DNA of 64,000 nucleotides from Planctomycetota bacterium (lineage in GTDB: Bacteria; Planctomycetota; PLA2; JAEUHO01), in NCBI GenBank assembly GCA_965223505.1, contig CBDCWP010000038.1, forward strand, positions 192,001 to 256,000, read 5' to 3'. Below, piece by piece: positions 26,414 through 33,536 of the stretch (positions are counted from its first letter, which is position 1; each line of letters starts with the position of its first letter). The notes beneath the pieces are model-generated. The model ran no database searches, was not told the DNA's origin, and saw nothing but the letters and a program-made list of their open reading frames with translations. The translations under genes and the position numbers were made by a program.

Positions 26414-29008
26414 TCATCGCCCGTACCAGTACGAGAGGATCTCGGCGACGGCGGGGACGGCGGTCTGGCCGGCGGCCGCCTCCGTTCGCGCGTGCAGGAC
26501 GCAGGCGAACGCGATCGGATTCGCGCCGCCGCCCTCGGCGAACCCGACGAACCAGTGGTGCCACGCTTCGTCCTCGTCGCCCCGCGGGCGCCAGGGGCGC
26601 CAGGTGCCGCCGACCTGGGCGGTCCCCGTCTTGCCGTAGACCCGCGCGTTCACCCCGCTCCAGTCGGCCCCGTCGGCGGTTCCGGCCCGCACGGCCAGCC
26701 GCATGCCGTCGTGAATGGGCTTCAGGTGCGAGGGACTGAGCCGCAGGTCGTGCTGGGCCCAACGGGGGGCGCCGCCGTCCACCGACATCAGGGCGTGCGG
26801 CGTGACGACGATGCCGCCGTTGGCGATCGCCGCGATCGCGCGCGCCATCTGGAGCGGCGTCGCCAGCACCGGCCCCTGACCGATCGCGACGTTGCGCCGG
26901 TCGTCGTGGCGAATGACTTTCTTGTCGTCGGTGCTGGTCCGGCCGATCTTCCGGTCGAACCGTGCGGTGAACCAGATGTGGCCGCCGCGCGCGAGCTCAC
27001 CCTCCACGCCGAACTGCCCGCCCAGCGCGGTGACGCGCCGCACGGCCTTGCGCAGCGTGTAGGGCAGGGCGGCGTACGGCGCCTTGTCGTAGCGAAGCGG
27101 CAGGCGCTGCAGCGCGTCGGCGCCGGAGAGCGCGTGCACCTCGAAGCGCAGATCGACGTACTGACCTTCGACCAGCTCGCGGGTCACGCGGACGTTGACC
27201 TGGCGCGTGCCGGTCTCGCGATGGATCTGCTGGGCGACGTCAGCGAGGGTGCGTCCCAGGACGCGCGGGTCGCCGCCGACCGTCGATGGCACGTTGCGCG
27301 CGCTGCCGACGACGATCTTCGGCGGCTTGATGCCGCGCCGCTCGAGCAGCTCGGATGCGACCGCGCCGACGCGCTCGACCGGGAAGTCGATCCAGTCGTG
27401 CAGCCACAGTCCGCGGCTCCACCCGGGCACTTCGTCGCCGGGCCGGTGCCCGATGCCCAGGCGTGACGCGAAGTCCGCTACGTAGTGCCGGTACGTGCCC
27501 CACGTCTCGTACTCGCCGAGCCCCCAGGCAAAGTAGCGGTTGCAGGAACGCGCGATCGCGCCCACCAGATCGACCGAACCGCATCCATGGCACCCCGGCG
27601 TACCGGCCGCTCCACGGCGACAAAAGTACGTGCCGATCGGGAGCGGCTCCCCGCTCGACAGCATGCCCAATCCCACGATGACCTTGAACGTGCTCCCCGG
27701 CTCCACCGGCACCTGCGCAACGCGGCTCAACCCGACGGAAACGGGCTGCGCGACGAACGCCCGCCAGGCCGACATGTCCACGCCGGGCGGCAGGTCCCCG
27801 CGCGGTGCCCACGTGCGTTCGTCTTGATCGGCAACCGCTTGCGTGAAGGCGGGCTGGTAGAGCTTGCCGAGGTCCGTGTTCGGATCGAATCGCGGCATCT
27901 CCGCCCACATCAGGATCTCGCCCGTCACCACGTCGATCGCGACGAACGCACCGGACGGGCGGCCCTTGGGGTAGTAGCCCTCGCGCGAGCCGTGCCGTTC
28001 GATGGCCTGTTCCGCGACCCGGCTCGCGTCGAGCGAGATCGAGAGACGCACCTCGAGCCCGCGCTCGGGCGGCGCCTTGTCCACGACGCGCGTGAACCAG
28101 CCGTCGCTGTCGAGCTCCAGCACCTGATGGCCGGGATAGCCGCTCAGCAACCCGTTGTAGGCGCGCTCGAGGCCGGCGCGTCCGACGCGCGTGGTCGGCG
28201 TGATCTGGCCCGGGAACCGCTCGGACAGCTGCTCGAACTCCTCCTTGTCGCGAACGACGCTGGCGTGACCGAGGAGCTGCGGCGCGAAATCGCCCTGGGG
28301 ATAGTGCCGGCGAAGCGCAGCTTGGATGCGGAACCCGCGGTAGCGTCCCACCTCGTCGAGCTCGACGAGGTGAACGACCTCGTCGCTGACGGGGCTCTCG
28401 ACGACGTAGGGCCGCCGGAGCAGGTCTTCCCGTCGCAGCTCGCGCTTGTCCTGCAGCAGGAACTCGTCGACGCCGCGCTGCGCTTCCTCCGCGACGTACG
28501 CATCGACGATCTCGTCGATCTCCTGCAGCCGCTTGCGCGCGCGCTTGTCGAGCTCGCCGGGCGGCACGCCCAGCGCCTTCTCCAGCGGCGCGAGATCGCC
28601 GAACGGCAACGGCTCGAGGGTCGCCCCGGCAACGGCCGCCCCCGCGAATCCGTCGACGCTGCGGCGCGCCGCGCGCACACACTCGCAGTCCGTACGCCGC
28701 CTCTTCTCGACGTGGTGAAAGTGGACGCTGCCGCAGGCGGTGCAGCGAACGCGGGCGCGGTGCAGCCAGTCCCAGCCGACGAAGCTGAGCTGGTGCACCG
28801 GGATGTCCTCGGCGAGGACAGCGCCGGTGCGATCCGTGATCTCGCCGCGCGGCGCCTCGAGCTTCTCCCACCGGCGCCGCATGTCGCGCGCCTCCTCGCG
28901 CCACGTCGCGCCGTCCACGACGAGCAGCTGGCCCGCGCGCAGCCAGACGGCGCCGAGCCCGAAGCAGAAGGCGAGGTAGAGGATGACGAGCTTACGCCGG
29001 TAGCGCAT
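26414..29008 (-). CDS. mrdA: class B penicillin-binding protein 2 with large insertions (864 aa)
   Basis: N-terminal TM, APRGEITDRTG, RHYPQG, GRAGLER; active-site motifs PGSTFK, SCN, GKTGT; between mreD and rodA. Confidence 0.92.
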   Translation of the reverse strand: MRYRRKLVILYLAFCFGLGAVWLRAGQLLVVDGATWREEARDMRRRWEKLEAPRGEITDRTGAVLAEDIPVHQLSFVGWDWLHRARVRCTACGSVHFHHVEKRRRTDCECVRAARRSVDGFAGAAVAGATLEPLPFGDLAPLEKALGVPPGELDKRARKRLQEIDEIVDAYVAEEAQRGVDEFLLQDKRELRREDLLRRPYVVESPVSDEVVHLVELDEVGRYRGFRIQAALRRHYPQGDFAPQLLGHASVVRDKEEFEQLSERFPGQITPTTRVGRAGLERAYNGLLSGYPGHQVLELDSDGWFTRVVDKAPPERGLEVRLSISLDASRVAEQAIERHGSREGYYPKGRPSGAFVAIDVVTGEILMWAEMPRFDPNTDLGKLYQPAFTQAVADQDERTWAPRGDLPPGVDMSAWRAFVAQPVSVGLSRVAQVPVEPGSTFKVIVGLGMLSSGEPLPIGTYFCRRGAAGTPGCHGCGSVDLVGAIARSCNRYFAWGLGEYETWGTYRHYVADFASRLGIGHRPGDEVPGWSRGLWLHDWIDFPVERVGAVASELLERRGIKPPKIVVGSARNVPSTVGGDPRVLGRTLADVAQQIHRETGTRQVNVRVTRELVEGQYVDLRFEVHALSGADALQRLPLRYDKAPYAALPYTLRKAVRRVTALGGQFGVEGELARGGHIWFTARFDRKIGRTSTDDKKVIRHDDRRNVAIGQGPVLATPLQMARAIAAIANGGIVVTPHALMSVDGGAPRWAQHDLRLSPSHLKPIHDGMRLAVRAGTADGADWSGVNARVYGKTGTAQVGGTWRPWRPRGDEDEAWHHWFVGFAEGGGANPIAFACVLHARTEAAAGQTAVPAVAEILSYWYGR

Positions 29009-29507
29009 GGCCGCCCCCCCGCCCGCAGACGTCGTCGAGCAGGCGATACCGGTCGATCAGCGCGAAGAGGCCGATCGAGAGCAGCGTCGTCCAGAGCGCG
29101 ACGGGGAACGGCTCGAGGAACGCGCCCCACGTGACGCCGCTGTCGCCGAACGGCAGGATGCGCAGCAGATACAGCCACCCGGCGATCACGGTCGCAAGGG
29201 CGGTCAGCAGCACGCGTGACGCGCCCTCCATGCGCCCGCGGTGGGTGCGGCCTTCGGCGAAGAAGAACGCGACGCACCCCAGCACGAAGCCGTGCGTCCC
29301 GAGGGGATCCAGCGAGAGGGAGTCACGCACGAGACCGATGCCGATCCCCCACGGGACCGCGTGGTACCCGCGCGAACGAAACGCGATGTAGAGAGTCGTG
29401 AGCAGCCAGAGATCCGGCGCGAAACGGTGCAGCGACAGGGCGGTGGGCATGAGGTCCGGCAGGAAGCCGGCGAGCAACATCAGAACGAAGAGGACGAGCA
29501 ACCCCAA
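28992..29507 (-). CDS. mreD: rod shape-determining protein MreD (start uncertain; out-of-frame ATG at 29514)
   Basis: Multi-TM, APDLWL, IGLVRDSLS..PLG motif; between mreC and mrdA. Confidence 0.85.
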   Translation of the reverse strand: MGLLVLFVLMLLAGFLPDLMPTALSLHRFAPDLWLLTTLYIAFRSRGYHAVPWGIGIGLVRDSLSLDPLGTHGFVLGCVAFFFAEGRTHRGRMEGASRVLLTALATVIAGWLYLLRILPFGDSGVTWGAFLEPFPVALWTTLLSIGLFALIDRYRLLDDVCGRGGGHALPA

Positions 29508-29571
29508 CGCGCATACCCCGGTGCCACGTGAGCACCGCCGGTCGGGCCATACCGGCGGCGCGCGCTTTCGA

Positions 29572-30399
29572 TCAGCGCTTCGACGCGTCCTCAGTATCGG
29601 ACGGCAGGAGGACGACCACCTCGACCGAGCGGTCGAGGTCGAACGCGGGCCGCACGTACAGCGTCGGCATGCGATCGAGGTCCGGATCGGTGCTCTGGGA
29701 GATCGTCCCGACGAGCAGGTTGGCGGGCACCCGCTCGTCGAAGTTCGAGGTGAACACGGCCGCCCCGACGGGAACGCTTCCCGCCCCGCGCGGCGTGCGG
29801 ACGAACTTCAGGATCAGCTGGTCTTCGCCGTCCCGCACGCCGGAGCGACGCGCGAACCCACGCAGCAAGACCTCCTTGTCGGTGCGTACGAAGACGCCCA
29901 GCCGCGAGCTCGGGTCGGTCGCGAGCTGCACGATCGAGGTCGTCGAGCGCACCTTGCGAACGCGTCCCAGGTAGACCCGCCCCATCACCACGGCATGCCC
30001 GACGCGCACGCCGTCTTCCGCGCCACGGCTGATGAGAATCGAACGCCGCCGCGGCGCCGGATCGTGCGCGCGCAGCACGCGCGCAACCAAGGCGCGCGGG
30101 CGCCGGCCTAGCTGGTCGTCAGCCAGCACGCCTTTCAGCGACTCCATCCCGCGCACGCGCTGCACGAACTGCATGTGACGCTCCCACACGTCATGCAGCT
30201 CACGTTCGAGTTCGCGCGTTCGCGTGGAGTCGCCGTCGCCCCCCTGCCTGCCCGACGGGGTGGGGATGTAACCGGCGGCGCCGTCGAAGACGCCGGAGAC
30301 CGGCGACTCGAGCGCGGGGACGCCGTCAGGCTTCAGCACCGGCAGCGCGAACAGGGCGATGAGCACCGCTCCCCATGCGTGCTGCTTGCGAAAGCGCAT
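29572..30399 (-). CDS. mreC: rod shape-determining protein MreC
   Basis: TM, short coiled coil, ARVL, ILISRGAEDGVRVGHAV, LATDP, VFTS..VPANLLVG, VRPA. Confidence 0.88.
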   Translation of the reverse strand: MRFRKQHAWGAVLIALFALPVLKPDGVPALESPVSGVFDGAAGYIPTPSGRQGGDGDSTRTRELERELHDVWERHMQFVQRVRGMESLKGVLADDQLGRRPRALVARVLRAHDPAPRRRSILISRGAEDGVRVGHAVVMGRVYLGRVRKVRSTTSIVQLATDPSSRLGVFVRTDKEVLLRGFARRSGVRDGEDQLILKFVRTPRGAGSVPVGAAVFTSNFDERVPANLLVGTISQSTDPDLDRMPTLYVRPAFDLDRSVEVVVLLPSDTEDASKR

Positions 30400-30433
30400 C
30401 GACGACCCTTCGGCGCGCGGGGTCCCGAAGACC

Positions 30434-30481
30434 CCGCTAGATCATGGGGTCATACACCTGTAGACCCCCAATACCTTGTAT
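30434..30481. promoter_or_regulatory. tandem NrdR-box-like 16-mers upstream of mreC
   Basis: ccgCTAgATcATGggg (30434-30449) and cccCAAtAccTTGtat (30466-30481), 32 bp start-to-start; each has one mismatch to the core of consensus acaCwAtATaTwGtgt. Confidence 0.5.
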
Positions 30482-30557
30482 TCAACGGCCTTTTTCGGCT
30501 GGGTCAAGGGGCGTTTCCCCTGGAACGGCCATTCGATCCGCCTGATTGGACCTGTCG

Positions 30558-30578
30558 GGGCAGCCCTGGTGGCTGCCC
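30558..30578 (-). terminator. GC hairpin just after the mreB stop (no U tail; terminator or stabiliser)
   Basis: gggcagcc-ctggt-ggctgccc perfect 8-bp stem. Confidence 0.4.
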
Positions 30579-30588
30579 AACCGCCGCA

Positions 30589-31641
30589 TCACTCCTCGGC
30601 CTGGTCCAGTGCGACGTGCAGGTCGCGGATCTTCTCGAGGAAGACGCCCGTCCCGCGCGCGACGGCCGTCAACGGATCTTCGGACACGCGCACCGGAAGG
30701 TTGATCTCTTCGGTGATGACGCGATCGAGCCCGCGCAAGAGCGCGCCGCCGCCCGCCATCACCACGCCGCTGTCGACGAGGTCCGCCGCCAGCTCGGGCG
30801 GTGTGCCCTCGAGCGTCGCCTTGACGGTCTCGACGATGCCCCGCACCGGTTCCTGCAGCGCTTCGCGGATCTCTTCGCTCGTCACGACGACCTTGCGTGG
30901 CAGGCCCTGCTTGAGGTCGCGGCCCTTGACGTCCATCGTCATCTCGCGCTTGAGAGGATACGCGCTGCCGATGCCGATCTTGATCTTCTCGGCCGTCTGC
31001 TCGCCGATGAGCAGATTGTAGGTGTTGCGCATGTAGTCGACGATGGCGGTGTCCATCGCGTCGCCGGCGACGCGCATCGAATGCGCCGTCACGATGCCGG
31101 CGAGCGAGATCACCGCCACCTCGGTCGTGCCGCCGCCGATGTCCACGATCATGGAGGCCTGCGGCTCGGTGATCGGCAGGCCGACGCCGATGCCGGCGGC
31201 CATGGGCTCTTCGATCAGGTAGACCTTGCGCGCGCCGGCGCGCTCCGCGGAGTTGATCACGGCGCGCTTCTCGACGGGCGTGATGCCGTACGGAATGGCG
31301 ATCACGACGCGCGGATGCACGGCCCAGGTGCGATCGTGCACCTTGTAGATGAAGTATCGGAGCATCGCCTCGGTGATCTCGAAGTCGGCGATGACGCCGT
31401 CCTTGAGCGGGCGGATCGCGACGATGTTGCCTGGCGTCTTGCCGAGCATCTCCTTCGCGGTGTCACCGACGGCGCGGCCTTCGAGGAGCACCTTGTTGGT
31501 GCCCTTCTTGACGGCGACGACGCTCGGTTCGTTGAGGATGATCCCGCGTCCCTGGACGCAGACCAGCGTGTTGGCGGTACCCAGGTCGATCCCCATGTCG
31601 ATGGAGAACTTCCCGATCAGGTATTCGAAGACCTTGGCCAT
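30589..31641 (-). CDS. mreB: rod shape-determining actin homologue MreB
   Basis: [63 protein letters not shown]. Confidence 0.98.
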   Translation of the reverse strand: MAKVFEYLIGKFSIDMGIDLGTANTLVCVQGRGIILNEPSVVAVKKGTNKVLLEGRAVGDTAKEMLGKTPGNIVAIRPLKDGVIADFEITEAMLRYFIYKVHDRTWAVHPRVVIAIPYGITPVEKRAVINSAERAGARKVYLIEEPMAAGIGVGLPITEPQASMIVDIGGGTTEVAVISLAGIVTAHSMRVAGDAMDTAIVDYMRNTYNLLIGEQTAEKIKIGIGSAYPLKREMTMDVKGRDLKQGLPRKVVVTSEEIREALQEPVRGIVETVKATLEGTPPELAADLVDSGVVMAGGGALLRGLDRVITEEINLPVRVSEDPLTAVARGTGVFLEKIRDLHVALDQAEE

Positions 31642-31927
31642 GGGCGGACCGGTATCCCTTCTGGTGACGTGACCAAGCACCCCGGACGCGAATCGACCGA
31701 AGCCAAACGCGGCCGGAGCACTCACTCCGGGGGCGGGGCGAGGAACGCCGTCCCCGTCGTCGAAGTATGTACACCATCGAGGGGACGCACACGGGAGCCC
31801 GCAAGCTAGGAGGTCGGCTGCGCTGGGGGCGGGCTGAAGTCGGGAAAACCCGGCTGGGCCGGCGTCCTGGTGTCGTGCACGATCCCCCTCGTTCCAGAGT
31901 TGAGCGTCTCACCCCACAGGCACCTGC

Positions 31928-32103
31928 GTGTCGTGCCCGAGACCGTTCTCGTGCTCGTTCCCGCGGTCACCCTCGACCGTGACGGATGCCTGCTTGCCGG
32001 ACGCGTCCCTCCCTCGCCGAGAGGGCACAACCGGGGACACAAGGGTGGGCCTGTTTCCTTGTCTCACGGTCACGGGCACGGTCACGGTATCGGGACACGA
32101 CAC
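31928..32103. repeat. imperfect long inverted repeat with hexamer-period arms (REP/MITE-like)
   Basis: Left arm gtgtcgtgcccgagaccgttctcgtgctcgttcccg; reverse complement of right arm gtgtcgtgtcccgataccgtgaccgtgcccgtgaccg. Confidence 0.6.
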
Positions 32104-32198
32104 CCCAGGGAGGCCCGAGCGCCCTGTCGTGCGGCGTTCCGGCGCAGGCCCCCGCGCGCGCGCGCCGCGATCGTCTTCGCGGCGCGTCGCCAGAATTG

Positions 32199-32231
32199 AA
32201 AAAGGACGCGGCGACCTCGGTCGCCGCGCCC
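32199..32231 (-). terminator. Rho-independent terminator
   Basis: Minus strand gggcgcggcgac-cgag-gtcgccgcgtcc-ttttt, about 24 nt after the small-ORF stop. Confidence 0.85.
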
Positions 32232-32254
32232 TCGGAATCTCGGGAAGCGCTCGC

Positions 32255-32437
32255 CTACTCGGGCGTGGTCTTCTCGGCGAACATGCCCGCGTTGAAGTGG
32301 TCCTTCAACGCCGTCTGCATGGCCCAGCAGGCCACCAGCAGGATGATCGTCGTCATGATGACCAGCCCGTTGCCCAGCCCGTCCTTCGGGGCTTCGCCTT
32401 CGAGCTCATCGTGATCTTCGTAGATGTCGCGTGCCAT
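32255..32437 (-). CDS. small single-TM protein (60 aa)
   Basis: AAGGAG SD, acidic N-terminus, one TM helix, biased codons, terminator downstream. Confidence 0.8.
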   Translation of the reverse strand: MARDIYEDHDELEGEAPKDGLGNGLVIMTTIILLVACWAMQTALKDHFNAGMFAEKTTPE

Positions 32438-32463
32438 GGGCTTGCTCCTTCAGGATCGCCGCG

Positions 32464-33309
32464 TTAGCGGTTCATGATCCGGTCGCCCTGACGGATCTCG
32501 CCCTTGGAGTAACCCTTGAGCGCGAAGCCGGCCGACTGCTTGGCCTGGACGTCGTTGATCTGGATCGTCGCGACGTACTCGCCGCCGCGCGAGACCACGT
32601 ACTGGAAGCCCGCCTTGACACCGTCCTCGGCGCCCAGCGAGATCACGTAGACGTTCGCGCTGTTGTTCGCGGCGTTGATCTGGCCGTTCTGCGCGGGCTG
32701 CTCGGCGCCGACCACGCCACCCGGGTAGCGGTTGCGCCAGGCGGCGAGCTCGAAGTTCGCACGCTCCAGATCGGCGTTCAGCTGCGCCAGACGGCCCTCG
32801 ACGCTCTTGCGCGTCTCGGTCTCGTTGTTGAGCTGCATCTCCAGGCGGTTGCCCTGCTCGACCGCGGCGTCCCGGTCCTGCTGGACCGCGACGTTCGCCT
32901 CGTGCAGCTTCTTGTTCTCGCTCTGCAGCTGGTCGATCAGCGTGCGGTTCGAGTCGAGCGACTGCGTCATGGCCTCCAGCGCCGCCGTCGCGCGCGTCAG
33001 CTGCGCGCTCTGCTGGTCGTTGTGCTCGCGCAGGTGCTGGTTCTCGGCCGTCATCTTGCGGTTTTCCGCCTCCGACGCCGTGAGCTTGTCGTTCGCGTCC
33101 CGATGCGCCTGCTTGGCCTGCGCCAGCTGGTCCTTCGTCTCGGTGAGCGCCTTGTTCTTGTCGTCGATCTCCGCCAACAACTGCGCTTCCCTGTCGTCGT
33201 ACTGCTGCTTCCAGTGGTCCTGGTGACCGAGGTAGGAAGCGGCACTACCGACGAAGGCGGCGGCCAGGATCAGGTTCAGAACGACGAGGATCTTCGCGAC
33301 CGTGCTCAT
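32464..33309 (-). CDS. membrane-anchored long coiled-coil protein with C-terminal small beta domain
   Basis: AAGGAG SD, MSTVAKILVVLNLILAAAF anchor, long heptad region, VISLGAEDGVKAG...IRQGD C-domain. Confidence 0.85.
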   Translation of the reverse strand: MSTVAKILVVLNLILAAAFVGSAASYLGHQDHWKQQYDDREAQLLAEIDDKNKALTETKDQLAQAKQAHRDANDKLTASEAENRKMTAENQHLREHNDQQSAQLTRATAALEAMTQSLDSNRTLIDQLQSENKKLHEANVAVQQDRDAAVEQGNRLEMQLNNETETRKSVEGRLAQLNADLERANFELAAWRNRYPGGVVGAEQPAQNGQINAANNSANVYVISLGAEDGVKAGFQYVVSRGGEYVATIQINDVQAKQSAGFALKGYSKGEIRQGDRIMNR

Positions 33310-33536
33310 TCGACTCTCCTTGCGCAGCCCCAGATCGTTGGGGCCGGCTCCGAATGCGGGTGCCCTGTGAAAGCAACGGCACTACCCTCCCAGGAGCACC
33401 GCCTACACGCAAGCGTCCAGGGTTATGTCAAAGGCCTTGGGACGAGTCAAAGGATTTCAGATGACCCCCCGAGTTTCGGGCGTCGCAACGTCCTAACCGA
33501 TGCCTTCGTCCGCACTTGAGGCCACCAACCCCCATT

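Noticed and set aside
23930..27466. Very long alternative-frame ORFs (e.g. 1178 aa here, 42208-45621, 54438-58286, 37782-41123)
   Set aside because: Antisense or shifted shadows of real genes; Arg/Ala-rich, motif-free and expected in very GC-rich DNA.
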